From positions 1 through 64,000 of the forward strand of contig CATNEN010000002.1 in assembly GCA_950097015.1 (NCBI GenBank): 64,000 bases of DNA. The letters are read 5' to 3'. The stretch's first letter is position 1, and every line of letters starts with the position of its first letter. Of this stretch, positions 22,460 through 35,276 are shown piece by piece. The notes under the pieces were generated by a model that worked only from the letters and a program-made list of their open reading frames with translations, made no database searches and had not been told where the DNA came from. The stretch comes from Macrostomum hystrix. Taxonomy: Eukaryota; Animalia; Platyhelminthes. A program made the position numbers and the translations under genes.

Positions 22460-23480
22460 GGAGATGGAGAGATGGAGATGAGGAGAGGAAGATAAGGAGA
22501 GGGAGATAAAGGGAGGGAGATAAGGGGAGGGAGATAAGGAGACGGAGATAAGGAGAGAGAGATAAGGAGAGGAAGATAAAGAGACGGAGATAAGGAGAGG
22601 GAGATAAGGGGAGGGAGATAAGGGGAGGAAGATAAGGAGAGGGAGATAAGGAGAGAGAGATAAGGAGAGGAAGATAAAGAGAGAGAGATAAGGAAAGGAG
22701 ATAAGGGAGGGAGATAAGGGGAGGGAGATAAGGGGAGGAAGATAAGGGGAGGGAGATAAGGGGGGAGATAAGGAGAGGGAGATAAGGAGAGGGAGATAAA
22801 GATCGAGATATAAGGGGAGGGAGATAAGGAGTAGGATATAAGGAGAAAGAGAAAAGGAGAGGGAGATAAGGGAAGGGAGATAAGGGGAGGGAGATAAGGG
22901 GAGGAAGATAAGAAGAGGGAGATAAGGAGAGAGAGATAAGGAGAGGAAGATAAAGAGAGAGAGATAAGGAAAGGAGATAAGGGAGGGAGATAAGGGGAGG
23001 GAGATAAGGGGAGGAAGATAAGGGGAGGGAGATAAGGGGGGAGATAAGGAGAGGGAGATAAGGAGAGGGAGATAAAGATCGAGATATAAGGGGAGGGAGA
23101 TAAGGAGTAGGATATAAGGAGAAAGAGAAAAGGAGAGGGAGATAAGGGAAGGGAGATAAGGGGATGGAGATAAGGGGAGGGAGATAAGGAAAGGAGATAA
23201 GTAGAGGGAGATAAGGGGAGGGAGACAAGGGGAGGGAGACAAGGGGAGGAAGATAAGGGGAGGAAGATAAGGGGAGGAAGATAAGGGGAGGGAGATAAGG
23301 GGAGGAAGATAAGGGGAGGGAGATTAGGGGAGGGAGATAAGGGGAGGGAGATAAGGAGAGGGAGTTTGGGGGGGGGGATAAGGAGTAGGAAATAGTTAAG
23401 GGATTTAGGGAGAGGGAGATAGGGAGAATGAGATAAGGAGAGAGAGATGCTAAAAGGGAGATGGGGAGAGGGAGATGGAA
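22460..23480. repeat. ~14-bp purine-rich minisatellite (ggagagggagataa)
   Basis: Tandem units with an internal ~280-bp higher-order duplication; ~290 bp at 48700-48990. Confidence 0.9.
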
Positions 23481-24019
23481 TTGGGTAGATAGGGCGATGG
23501 ATGGACAACAATGATTAAAACATGAACTACTTTGAAGTGGATTCCGAACGCTTGTAAAAGTGGGAATGTACAATTAATAACATTGTGAATATATATCATT
23601 TTGATAAACAAGCAGTAGTTAGGGTGTCTTCTTGAGCAGGTTCAGCAGTTGCTCACGCCAGTTGTCAATCAAATTGCATTTCCGCATAATCCCTTAATCT
23701 GTCTAGACACATAAGCTCGATTTGAATTGCGGTCGAATTGGCATTCGGAAATGCTTGAGGAAGGAATTCTCAGCAGATGCACTTATATCAGGGTCTCTGA
23801 TTAGTGTTCAAGTGGTCAGCACTGGAGATTTATTTTCACAATCAGTTCCCACACCGGAAGTGCTATCAAGACGGCTATCAAACAAGGCCGCTACTTCCTG
23901 TCAACAAAATATCTAATCAAATTTTTGTGTGAGTCCACTTTAGGAACTAAAAAAATAACATTGAGGAGGTTGGCCCTCAAGGACGTAAATCACACGACAT
24001 GTCGCCATGCTTTCTCTAC

Positions 24020-24095
24020 GCGGCTGGACTCGTGGTGGAATCGAACTCAGGGACCTCGGCGCGAGACGCGAACGCGTTAACCGCTCTGCCACCGA
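24020..24095 (-). mobile_element. tRNA-derived SINE head
   Basis: Minus strand ggtggcagagcggttaacgcg...gagttcgattcc carries A-box and B-box; related copies at 27493 and 30149. Confidence 0.7.
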
Positions 24096-24464
24096 GCTGG
24101 TTGGCTGGGTAGATGCAGTTGCTAAGCAAACCAACCTGATAAAAGTTGCTCCCAGCGCTGCAAACAAAGATTTGGCTGCCACACAAAAATTCTCCCCCGC
24201 GTACTTCCGGCCCAGCAACAGAGCCGAGCCAAGCCGAGCAAATCAAACGACAGATAATTGACGAGTTCGCCATTGTCAGTCGGCGTCGACAGGTAAGGCC
24301 AAGCAGACTTGTGGAATTAACGACGGATAGGGCAAAAACACTGGGCCAACATGCTGGGAGGAAAGTTTTGGAAAGTACTTTAGGGAAAGGAGAATTAAGA
24401 GGGGATGGATTAGAAAGGAATAAAGAGAAGTGAGAGTAAGAAGATGTCAAATAAGTGGAAGAAA

Positions 24465-24890
24465 TGAGAGAATAGGAGAGGGGAGAATAGGAGAGGGGAG
24501 AATAGGAGAGGGGAGAATGGGAGAGGGAAGAATAGTAGAGCAGAGGATGGAAGAGGGGAGAATTGGAAAGGGGAGAATATGAGAATGGAAAATGGGAGAG
24601 GGGAGAATGGGAGAGGGGAGAATTGGAGAGCTTGAGAATAGTAGAGGCGAGAATAGGAGAGGGAAGAATGGGAGAGGGGAGAATAGGAGAGGGGAGAATA
24701 GGAGAGGGGAGAATAGGAGAGGGGAGAATGGGAGAGGGGAGAATGGGAGAGGGGAGAATGGGAGAGGGGAGAATGGGAGAGGGGAGAATGGGAGAGGGGA
24801 GAATGGGAGAGGGGAGAATAGTAGAGCAGAGGATGGAAGAGGGGAGAATGTGAGAGGGGAAAATTGGAAAGGGGAGAATGAAAGAGGAAG
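24465..24890. repeat. 15-bp purine-rich minisatellite (ggagaggggagaatg)
   Basis: Tandem units; homolog 50005-50390. Confidence 0.9.
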
Positions 24891-26359
24891 AATGAGAATG
24901 GGAGACGGAAGAAATATGATGGGAGAAAATTGGAAGATAGGAGGAGATGATGAATTGGAAAAAGAGGAGAGAAGAGAGGATAGAATGGTTATAAATGAGA
25001 GGTTAGTCAAAGGAGCAAATGATTATGCCGGTAGAAATTTTGCCTTGCCGGAAGCAAGACCCAGTAATAGTAGAGCTTGTTGCTCTGTTCCAAAGAAGAT
25101 TATAGGCTTAGTAGGCCTGGCAATATCGAAACAAAAAAATCAACAGCAATTTTTCGCCCGACTTTCATTCTAAATCAAGATTAAAAGATAAAGAAAAGAC
25201 ACGAACATTGCTCATTAAATAATATTATTCTATAGTTTCGTGTCCTCCATTTTGGGTCAACAGCCTTCTGTGTGCCTGTTCTATGCGCCTGTATGCCTGT
25301 CTGTCTGTTCTAATCATTAAATAATTATTACGAACTAAGAACCGAAAATACGGATAGAATTATATTTTAATGCAATCTAAAATAGGAACAGCAATGTAAT
25401 ATTAGCTCCGCTATTTCTTAATATTTAATGCCAGAATTATTCGTGTTTCTTAGAAACATCATTCATGATCGATCAGATTCGATCAGTTCAATACTGCGTC
25501 CGCAATTTTCTCACGCAGTGAATTTGTCTCTACCTAATTTAGTAACTATCAGGCCGTGTCTCACTCCCGACTCCGGTGAATCAAATGTTCTCTCACGATA
25601 CGTGCTCACGATCCGATAAAGATAACAAAATAGAAACAAAAGTATACATATCGACTGAGCAGGAATTTGTTAGAAAGAAAGCCAAATTTTTGCCAGCCAA
25701 GTTTACTGCTGATTCGATCGTATTTTCCAAGCGATAGAAGAACATAGGACAACAGATATGGAGAGGGGACAGGAGATAAGTACTGGGGACAGGAGATAAG
25801 GACTGGGGACAAGAGATAAGGAGAGGGGACAGGAGATGAGGAGTGGGGGGGCATGGGATAAGGAGAAGGGAGACAGGGAGAGGGAGGTAGTGAGAGAGAT
25901 TCGGAGAGTGAGACAGGGAGGGAGAGATAAAGAATGGGAGATAAAGAGAAGGAGAGAGGGATAGGGAGATAGGGAAGAGGAGATATGCCCAGTTTTTCTG
26001 TCAAATGCGCGACTCCAGAAAATGATTTTCTTCAAATCTTCTTTTTCGAATTTTCCCGGTAATGAAGCCTCAGAATGCCCATACATTAGAACCTCGTCTC
26101 AACTAACATTCGAAACATCGCCTAGCCATTTTTTATGGACGAAGACACGAAGACCCAAAACCAAACTGACTGACGTTCGCATTCTCATCGATTGGAAGCC
26201 CAGCTGTCGAGTGATTCCGAAATGGAAAAGTACATTGATTGTCAATACTGGGTCATGCTGTTGCGTTTTCAATTAGAACTCGGTGGGAAATCATAGGACG
26301 ACAAGCAGGGTAGAAATTACAGAATCAAGGGGGTAGATACGTAGCTGTAGGATCAGGGG

Positions 26360-26800
26360 GTAGTCAGATGAAGGATCAGGGGTACACAGATGAAGGACCA
26401 GAGGGTACACAGATGAAGGACCAGGGGATAGTCAGATGAAGGACCAGGGGATAGTCAGATGAAGGATCAGGGGGTAGACAGATGAAGGACCAGAGGTAAC
26501 ACAGATGAAGGACCCGGGAGTAGACAGATGAAGGACCAGAGGTAACACAGATTAAGGACCAGAGGGTACACAGATGAAGGACCAGAGGGTACACAGATGA
26601 AGGACCAGAGGGTACACAGATGAAGGACCAGAGGGTACACAGATGAAGGACCAGAGGGTACACAGATGAAGTACCAGAGGGTACACAGATGAAGGATCAG
26701 AGGGTACACAGATGAAGGACCAGAGGGTACACAGATGAAGGACCAGAGGGTACACAGATGAAGTACCAGAGGGTACACAGATGAAGGATCAGAGGTAGAC
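26360..26800. repeat. 23-bp minisatellite (cagatgaaggaccagagggtaca)
   Basis: Tandem units; shorter homolog 51880-52090. Confidence 0.92.
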
Positions 26801-27492
26801 AGCTGAAGAATCTGGGGTTGAACAGTCGGTAAACAGTGACTTAACAGTCTTACAGACATAATTGCATCGTCCAATCACTAAAATGTTTTGACTGACAGCT
26901 AAAATCGATGCTTGGCAGTTAGCTGTTGCACATTCTGACAATACACCGTAGTCACTATTATATATGAAGATGCTAAATTCGTGTCTTCGCCCAGTTGAAT
27001 GTGGTCTAGTTCCAGAATGCACCTCCAATTAAGTCTTTGTCCTGAAAGACTTACCTGATAAAAACCTATTGTGTTCTATTCAGAGCAGGTTCATTGTGCC
27101 AGGCTATAGCTTTGTTCCAACTTAGAAACAGGTTCTAAAAGTACTTTAGCAGATTCCGTCTAGCTAGCAGCGGACAGCAGAACTTAGCTATTAGTGTGTG
27201 TATCCACCTGTATCCACCGATAATCACTATCTGCATTGCATTGATTGCAGATAGATATGCGTTTGTACTTTTCTCATGGGACGCAGGCTCATGTTATAGG
27301 ACACTGGATCCGTCCACTACTTACTGGCAGCAACGGAGATTGTAGTACATTTCGGCATGAGTTTCAGACTTCAGAATGACCAAGAGGTCGGGAGTTCGAT
27401 TCTCAGCCAAATGAGAACTATTTGCGTCCTTCATAAGTATACCAAACTGCCTAATGAAATCAGTAGAGCACGTAGGTAGGGGGTTAGTCAGG

Positions 27493-27575
27493 TGGGTGGT
27501 GAATGGCAGAGAACGGTCTAACGCGTTTGCCCCTCGCAGCAAGGTCCCTGAGCTCGATTCCGCGGCGAGGCCACA
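27493..27575 (+). mobile_element. tRNA-derived SINE head
   Basis: tggcagagaacgg (A-box-like) ... gagctcgattcc (B-box-like); same family as 24020 and 30149. Confidence 0.65.
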
Positions 27576-27882
27576 TTTTTTTTGTGGTGCAGCCGGCGGA
27601 GAGAAGGCTTGGGGGCTTGTCATGCAGCTACGCCCTTGAGTGCCAACCACCAAGTGACCTGTTTCAGCGAGTGCCTGCGTACAGTCTCCAAGTTCGTGTG
27701 TGCTCAGGAGTCAGCGAACTGGGGCAGAATGCATAGTGTCACCAAATTATGTGCCAGCAGCCCTCTTGCAGTTATTATTATCATTATTTTATTATTATTA
27801 TTATGGTTCAGGCGTACAATTCTATCTATCTAGCTGTTACCGCTACCATTACTGCTCTCTTGCAGACCATAGTGTAGAGTCA

Positions 27883-29541
27883 ATGGACACGCCGCGATTC
27901 AAGGATCTCTCCGATGTGCTGCAGCTGCGCAAGCAGGGCCAGAGCATGTCCACCTCCGTACAGGCCACAACCACCCTGTGGCTGACTACAGTCTCCGTGT
28001 TGGGCATCGTTGGCAACGCCCTGGTGATCATGTTCTTTTCCAGAAGCCTGAAAGATCTGCCCCAGAATGTCTACGTGATCGCTCTGGCAGCCCTGGACTT
28101 GGTCGTCTGCGCGGTGGTTATTCCGTCGACAATCTATCAGGACGTCTGGCTGGCTTCTAGCAGCGACCTGGGCTGCAAGCTGTTCAACATTCTCCGCTAC
28201 TCTCTGGTTCCATCGTCTGCATTTTTGCTGTGCCTCATCGCCGTTGATCGCTTCGTCATCATCTGCTTCGTGCCGGGCATCCAGTCGACAAGGAAGAACT
28301 CGCTGCTGTACATCGGCCTGGTTCTGGTGCTGGGCTTCGCTCTCGGTGTTCCTGGCGGACTGACAACCGGAGCCAGCGTGCGCATCACCATGGATGCCGC
28401 AGTCAGCAAGTTCAATGGCGACTTCAGCGTCTCTCACTGTACCTCGGATTTCAGCATAATCTCAGAGTCGGTCTACAAGGTCTATCGCACAATGCTCACC
28501 GCAATTTTCTCCGTCATGCTGCTCCTCCTGGTGTTTTTCTACGCCAACATTTTCTGCTTTGTCCGCAAGCGCCAGCAACGCTGGGCAAAGTCGCGCAGCT
28601 ACTTGGCCTCCAAGATGGAGCGAAGCGGCGGCAACACTGCCGAGCTCGGCGGCACCAAGGGTCGACGGTGGCTGCTGAACCGCCGCTGGAGCGCAGGCTA
28701 TGGCGTCGGCGGCGTCGGCGGGCGCAACACGCGGCGTCTCCTGTCTGTGGGCCGTCTGGACGAGGTGACGGAAGTGACGAGCTGCATTGAGGCCAGGCGA
28801 GCGTCAGTGAACTTGCCACGCTTCGACCAGCCTGGCCAGTCATCATCCGAATGCCTTGAGACCGACATAGACGAAGCCCTGGCCGCCTCCTCACCGGTGA
28901 AAAATGCTTTCCAGAAGCGAATTTCGGAGGTTACAGAACAGACCAGCTCAGCTGGCCAGGCTGCTGAGATCGAGGGTGCTGACGCCATCGAGCTCAGCGT
29001 GATGCTCACTCCCAGCATGACGGACTGCGATTCGCAGTCGCGTCCCAACCGCATCAACTCGCTGGCCAGTGAGCACCTGACTCAGGCCCGACAGGACTTG
29101 GCCGAGCGCACGCGGAAGCGGCCCCACATCAAGACCGCCAAGGTGCTCGGCGTCATCACCTTTTTCTACGTGTTGTCCTACCTGCCATTCTTTCTAGTTT
29201 ACAACTTTAACAAATCGGTGAGCGAAGGCGTCACGGGCCGTTGGATGGTAGAGACGGGCAACTTCTCGGCAGGCAAGTCCATCGACGCCTGGCCAGAGAG
29301 GCACAACAGCAGCGCGTGGGCATTCAGCTTCGACTCAGCTGTCGCCGGCGATGATGCGAGCGGTGGCGTCGGTGGCGGCAGTGACAGTGAAGCGTCGGTC
29401 TATCACCAGGCGGTGAAGGTGATGTTCTATTTTTACTTCATCAATCATGGAGCCAATCCGCTGATCTATGGCTGCATGAACACCTATTTCAAGCAGCAGG
29501 TGTGCGCCCTCATTGGCTCGCTGAGGTGTCGAAGGAGGTGA
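27883..29541 (+). CDS. Class A (rhodopsin-like) GPCR, single coding exon, 552 aa from MDTPRF, copy 1
   Basis: TM1 GN, TM2 LAALD, TM3 Cys...DRF, TM6 SYLPF, TM7 NPLIY. Long ICL3. ATG preceded by a ctctcttgcag acceptor at 27865. Confidence 0.92.
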   Translation: MDTPRFKDLSDVLQLRKQGQSMSTSVQATTTLWLTTVSVLGIVGNALVIMFFSRSLKDLPQNVYVIALAALDLVVCAVVIPSTIYQDVWLASSSDLGCKLFNILRYSLVPSSAFLLCLIAVDRFVIICFVPGIQSTRKNSLLYIGLVLVLGFALGVPGGLTTGASVRITMDAAVSKFNGDFSVSHCTSDFSIISESVYKVYRTMLTAIFSVMLLLLVFFYANIFCFVRKRQQRWAKSRSYLASKMERSGGNTAELGGTKGRRWLLNRRWSAGYGVGGVGGRNTRRLLSVGRLDEVTEVTSCIEARRASVNLPRFDQPGQSSSECLETDIDEALAASSPVKNAFQKRISEVTEQTSSAGQAAEIEGADAIELSVMLTPSMTDCDSQSRPNRINSLASEHLTQARQDLAERTRKRPHIKTAKVLGVITFFYVLSYLPFFLVYNFNKSVSEGVTGRWMVETGNFSAGKSIDAWPERHNSSAWAFSFDSAVAGDDASGGVGGGSDSEASVYHQAVKVMFYFYFINHGANPLIYGCMNTYFKQQVCALIGSLRCRRR

Positions 29542-30148
29542 AAAAATAAGGAACTCGAAATTAGCTTTCATTCCTGTGAATCTTTGCTTGAAACACTTTT
29601 CTTTTTTCCAACTCTAGTTGAATATTTTATAAGTCTTGCTTCATGCTAAAATCGTCTTTTTGTCGAGCTGAAGCGAAATACGAGTAAATACGAGTAAATA
29701 CGAGTAAATACGAGTTTGATAAAAATAGTCTTCATAAAGTTATTCGTATTTTGAGACTAGGGGTGAAGAGATTTCTGTGAATATTTATTTTTTCATTTAA
29801 ACAAAGCCATTTTTGTAGTGCACGAGCGCTATTGTCTAGGCCATGGAGGTAGCAAACTAAATTTCAGAGTCAATTGTTTTGGCTGGCTCAATTGTCGTGT
29901 TTTTCTATTCTAGAAATCCTGTTTTGTTACTGTTTGAAGCAAACGCGGAAAACAAAAAAGTCGACAAGTAAAACTAAAGAAACCGGACCTCACAAATTCA
30001 AAAAGAAGTGATAATTTATATTTTTTGTTTTGTTACTACATTGTCTTTGTTTTACTGCATAGTTGCGATATAAATGCAGCTTTTCATCGGTTTAAATGAC
30101 TAACAGTTTTTTGATTGCTTGTCAGCGAAACCGTCTCTCTCAATTAAT

Positions 30149-30231
30149 GTGGCCTCGCTGCGGGCGGATTCGAACTCAGGAACCTTGGTGCGAGAGGCAG
30201 ACGCGTTAACCATCGCGCCACTCACTCCGCC
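30149..30231 (-). mobile_element. tRNA-derived SINE head
   Basis: Minus strand tggcgcgatggttaacgcg...gagttcgaatcc. Confidence 0.7.
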
Positions 30232-30420
30232 TAAAATTAGATTAAAAACATTGGGAATCAGATTTTTAACTATAGGATAATAACACCAATTAGGGTATTT
30301 CAGCTGGTAATTAGAAAATTAATGATTTAATTAGACCTTCTCATAGTCTCATTAAGGTGTAAAAACTGCCGATGAATGAAATATCACAGTTACACTGTGA
30401 ATGAAATATCACAGTTACAC

Positions 30421-31402
30421 CTTCCTCTTTCCTCCTTCCTCCTCCCTCCTTCCTCCTTCCTTCTCCTCCCTCCTTCCTCCTTCCTTCCTTCTCCTTCCTC
30501 CTTCCTCCCCTTCCTCCTTCCTTCCTCCTCCTTCCTCCTTTCTTCCTCCTTCCTCCTCCTTCCTCCTTCCTCCTTCCTCCTCCTTCCTCCTTCCTCCTTC
30601 TTTCCTTCTCCTTCCTCCTCCTTCCTCCTTCCTTCCTCCTCCCTCCTTCCTCCTTCCTTCCTTCTCCTTCCTCCTTCCTTCCTCCTCCTTCCTCCTTTCT
30701 TCCGCCTTCCTCCTCCTTCCTCCTTCCACCTTCCTTCTCCTTCCTCCTTCCTCCTTCCTCCTTCCTTCCTCCTCCTTCCTCCTTTCTTCCGCCTTCCTAC
30801 TCCTTCCTCCTTCCACCTTCCTTCTCCTTCCTCCTTCCTCCTTCCTCCTTCCTCCTTCCTCCTTCCTTCTTCCTCCTTCCTCCTTCCTTCTCCTTTCTTT
30901 CTCCTCCTTCCTTCTTCCTCCTTCTACTTCCTCCTTCCTTCCTCCACCTTCCTCCTTTCTTCCGCCTTCCTCCTCCTTCCTCCTTCCACCTTCCTTCTCC
31001 TTCCTCCTTCCTCCTTCCTCCTTCCTCCTTCCTCCTTCCTCCTTCCTTCTCCTTTCTTCCTCCTCCTTCCTTCTTCCTCCTTCCTCCTTCCTTCTCCTTT
31101 CTTCCTCCTCCTTCCTTCTTCCTCCTTCCTCCTTCCTTCTCCTTTCTTTCTTCTCCTTCCTTCTTCCTCCTTCTACTTCCTCCTTCCTTCCTCCACCTTC
31201 CTCCTTTCTTCCGCCTTCCTCCTCCTTCCTCCTTCCTCCTTCCTTCTCCTTTCTTCCTCCTCCTTCCTCCTTCCTCCTTCCTCCTTCCTTCTCCTTTCTT
31301 CCTCCTCCTTCCTTCTTCCTCCTTCCTCCTTCCTTCTCCTTTCTTCCTCCTCCTTCCTTCTTCCTCCTTCCTCCTTCCTTCCTTCTCCTTCCTCCTTCCT
31401 CC
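30421..31402. repeat. (TTCCTCC)n-like tract
   Basis: C/T-only low complexity. Confidence 0.95.
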
Positions 31403-31491
31403 ATAAACATAAACAAACATAAACAAAAGACCCTATTCACCGAAACACTCCTGCAAAGTCTCTGCTTCATCTACGCTCACTCACTGACGAC

Positions 31492-33117
31492 TCACTCCAT
31501 ATTCAGCACCACCAGTCGACTGTTCAATCTGTCAGCCACCACCAGCTGCTCGCGCGCGCCTCCCGTCAGCACCGCCAGACCGCATGGACGCTTGAATCTG
31601 CCGACACCGCTGCCGCTCTCGCCCGGCACCCCCAGAGTCCACAGCAGCGACCCGTCGTCGGCAGCCACCGCTCGCACTGAGTGACCATTCAACTCACTCA
31701 CGAACAGGCGGCCTCTCCTGTCCACGGCCACACCCACTGGCTCAGTAAACTTTTTGAGGCCGCAACGCTCAGTCGGGTGCGAGGCGACCACCTGCTGGGT
31801 GTCAATGCGCACTCTGTGCACCTGATTCTGCTTACAGTCTGTCACCAGAATGCAGTTGCTGTGAACCACCAGGTTGTCCAGTCTAGCAGAAGGAAACTCA
31901 GTCAGCGTGATGACCGTCTCCATCTCGCCAGTCGCTTTGCTGAATGCAACAATTTTGTTGCCACCAGACACAAACACGGAGGCTGCGTTGCCGCCGATTC
32001 CAAAGATGACAAGAAAGCCCTCGATTCGTGGTTCGATTCGACGCACCTTTCGACCGCTCAGGTCCGTCACTGTCACTGCGTCAACTTGAGCAATGAACAG
32101 CAGCTGACGGTCGCAGTGAAGACCAAAGATCCACTTCTTCCAGTCGATGTCGCAGTGGCACCGCAGCTTCTTCGAGCCGTCCACAGACACCACCTGAAGG
32201 TGGTCCTTGTCACTAATTGATGAAAATGATGCGAAGATGCAGGGCTGAGGCAGAGCCTCACCGCCGTCACTCGCTGACTCGGCGGCCACCACACGGCCTG
32301 AGCGGTCACCAACGAATCCGCTGGTGTCGCTGCACACCGCCAGCCACTCAACCCAGCCATCCAGCTTCACTTCATGACTGAACACGATCGGATCGAACAA
32401 TGCCTGTCTCGCCATCGCCTTAAGGCGATTCTTCACTGCGTCGTCGATCTCCTCGGGTGTCGCGCTGACCTCAGCGTCTCTCCAGCCCTCACCAGTCCAC
32501 ACGTTCACACGAGCCAACGCTCTGCCGAACTGCTCCGACACCTGCCCCAGTCGATCCAGCTGCTGCTCCGCTCCCAAACTCTCCTCCAGCGACTTCTGCA
32601 GCCGATCAAAGTCCGCCTTCAAGTCATCGAGCGACAACTCCATCGACATCGTCAGCTCGACAAGCTTCGACATCTCGCCTGCAGCCTCCGCCATCGACGT
32701 CTCCTGCCTGTAGCTTCTCACATCGTCCATGTCCCGCTGCCACACACGCGCTGTCTCAATCCGAGCTATCATCGGACCTGTCAGTCGATCTTCACTCGAA
32801 TCCAGGTATCTCCGCATTGTCTCATATAGCTGCTTCGCCCGTCGCAGCTGCTCCTCCATCTCGTGAATCCAATCTCCTCCACCACCTGCTGCACTGCCGC
32901 CTGCAGCTTCGGCTTGTGGGAAGGCACGCAGCTTCTCAGCGACCTTCTCCTTCAGCTTGAGGGCATCCGCCACATCAACACTCAGGTGTTCCGAGCACAG
33001 GTAGTGCTCGGAAAACGGACCCAGGCCGACTGCAGCTTTTTGGCAGACGACGCAGATTGGAATCACTTCAGGAGGTCCTTCGGAACTCGAGCTGTCGCTG
33101 GAGTCTCCACGCTGCAT
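31492..33117 (-). CDS. Zn-finger / coiled-coil / NHL propeller protein, copy A3 (541 aa)
   Basis: Intact ORF; flanks match copies A1 and A5. Confidence 0.88.
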   Translation of the reverse strand: MQRGDSSDSSSSEGPPEVIPICVVCQKAAVGLGPFSEHYLCSEHLSVDVADALKLKEKVAEKLRAFPQAEAAGGSAAGGGGDWIHEMEEQLRRAKQLYETMRRYLDSSEDRLTGPMIARIETARVWQRDMDDVRSYRQETSMAEAAGEMSKLVELTMSMELSLDDLKADFDRLQKSLEESLGAEQQLDRLGQVSEQFGRALARVNVWTGEGWRDAEVSATPEEIDDAVKNRLKAMARQALFDPIVFSHEVKLDGWVEWLAVCSDTSGFVGDRSGRVVAAESASDGGEALPQPCIFASFSSISDKDHLQVVSVDGSKKLRCHCDIDWKKWIFGLHCDRQLLFIAQVDAVTVTDLSGRKVRRIEPRIEGFLVIFGIGGNAASVFVSGGNKIVAFSKATGEMETVITLTEFPSARLDNLVVHSNCILVTDCKQNQVHRVRIDTQQVVASHPTERCGLKKFTEPVGVAVDRRGRLFVSELNGHSVRAVAADDGSLLWTLGVPGESGSGVGRFKRPCGLAVLTGGAREQLVVADRLNSRLVVLNME

Positions 33118-33984
33118 TTTCAGATTCGAGGTCTGCAAAGAGAGTCGGAAAGAGGCCGTGTGAGTTGACGACTGCTGTTGGAATCTGCCAGAACTCTAAT
33201 ATTATCTCAGTGTCAAAAATGCTCAACTTCAACTCGCTACCTCAGAAAGCTGGGAAGCAGAAAAGTTGCAGAGCTGCCGTAAGCAGGCCGATGCTGAGGC
33301 TCAGGTGAGAATGAGTTTCAATCAGACAGCAGTCGGAAGCTGTGCTCAAGAGTCTGAGATGACTCTCATGTAAGCTAGGTGTCTCAGTTAAACTCTTCTC
33401 CGTTGCCATGGAAACAGTGAGAAGCCTGAGTCTGGTCGATATAGAGAACAGAATGAAATCCTTGAGTCGCTCTGCTCCGGCAGCTCAGTTTGTCGGCAAA
33501 AGACAGTGAGAGTGAAATCTGTTTTTGTTTATTCTCGGTCGAACGCGAATTCAAAATGCTTTCTGTGGCTGCGTGCATTTCTCTGCGGCTGGGACAGAGA
33601 GGGCCGGCTCTGAGCAGCATTAAGCACAGCTGAGCACCCACCTCTGCCTCCAACTGCTCACAATGGGAGCGTAGATTGGGTGAGTGTACTCAAATGCATT
33701 GTTTGTGCACTTAGCTGTGCCATCTTGAGCCCAAAGTACGACCCGAGACATTGTGGCTCTGCTTGTCAGACACTTTCTGACAGATCCGAGCGGTTAGAGA
33801 GGCGATCGACCTGTTAGAGTAGGGAAAAACAACAGGCCAGCAGTTCAAGACGTTGGAAAAATCTCATATTTACTTTTTTGTCTGATATTAGCCTCATCAG
33901 CTCACCTACCATTAGCCTCATCAGCTCACATTAGCTTCATGAGCTCAAATTAGCCTCATCAGCTCACATTAGCTTCATGAGCTT

Positions 33985-35250
33985 GAAATGGTTAGGTGTT
34001 TTGCAAGCCGATGACCGCCCTCGTGAAAGATAGGAGTGTGGAAAACGACGGTAGAGTCGGAGGTCGATCGCGCTGCTGCCGCGAGTTGTCGCGGAGAGGA
34101 ATGAGACGAAGGGAGGGATGAAGGGAGAGATGAAGGGAGAGATGAGGCGGTACAAAGGATGCAGGGAGTGGTCCTATTGGCCTTAGGCTGGCCAGTCCCA
34201 CTCGTCCCATAGGCCACAGGCATGACTGCCGTGCCTACCCCTAGCAATGCTCGAACCCGGCTAAAAGTCTAAAGTGAGGTGTAGGACTATCCGTAAACAG
34301 ATAGGACAGGGCTAGAGAGCCTACTGTCGTCAGTAGCATGTAAATAACCGACTCCTAACCTTGGTAGCGGTGGTCGAAACGGCCCAGGCTCTTGTCACAG
34401 AAATGCGGAAAGGCTATTGGCAAAGCGGAAAAAGATCTCGGGTAGCGCCACCACCCAATGCGCCTACGTTGCCACCGCAGACATTTGGGAACTTGGGTCC
34501 CCGGAGTACACAGCTCCCAGTTCATCACACAGATCTAGACAAGCCGAAAAAAAGGGCATTCTGCAACTTCCGTTTTAGACTGGGGTGAGAACCCCAGAAT
34601 GGATCGAGACACGCCTCAACAGGGGATTCCTGAATTCGCGCTACAGGGGTCTAGAGAGGTGGTACTAAGAACTCGAATGAAAATCCATAGCCAGAATCCT
34701 ACTCATGAAACATCAGGCACATTCCGTACATTAGATTGCAGCCTACACATTAGGTAACTAACAAATCCAAATCTGTGTGAGATGAGGAAATCAGAGGCAG
34801 GAGAGATTAGGCAGAACACTGGCTGAGTGATTACGCAAGCGAAAGACTATTTAGACCTCGCTCCCGCCCCTGTGGCGGTAGTTGCGAGAGGAGGGGGGAA
34901 GAAGGGGAACTCCATTGGCAAGGGAGTTTGACACGTACCCCTTTGATCTGCCGGGGAGAGAGAGAAGCCCGCCAAGGAATTCCCCACCCCTAGCAGAGAA
35001 ACACATGCTACACTCCGCATTTTGCTCACAAATCCCTAGCTCCATATTACTCTTGTGCGCGCTCACAGTTGTCTTCCTGCCGCAGCCTTCGGCTCGGCAT
35101 CACCAGAGCCCACCCCCTAGGAGATTAGCCACTCATCTCTGAGGGCCGTCTAATAGATAAAATAAACATAGAGAATAAAGCAGAGAGGATTTAAATTGTT
35201 ATTAAAGATTTGCCTATGGTTAAAGATTTGGCGATAGTAGTGCTAATTTA
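33985..35250. other. Unique ~1.27 kb block replacing the ~1.1 kb segment found at this position in the other two units
   Basis: Homology to 62730+ stops inside the 19-bp minisatellite (~33984) and resumes at ~35254 (matching ~7093); no recognisable ORF. Confidence 0.6.
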
Positions 35251-35276
35251 TTCTATAGGAACCAACAGTCTTCCAT

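Noticed and set aside
24020-24095. Functional tRNA genes at 24020, 27493, 30149
   Set aside because: A/B boxes are present, but acceptor and anticodon stems are poor and copies are mutually diverged; better explained as SINE heads.
27700-27882. N-terminal 61-aa extension of the GPCR ORF from a GTG start
   Set aside because: It runs through an (ATT)n microsatellite and lies upstream of a clear splice acceptor at 27865; probably intronic.
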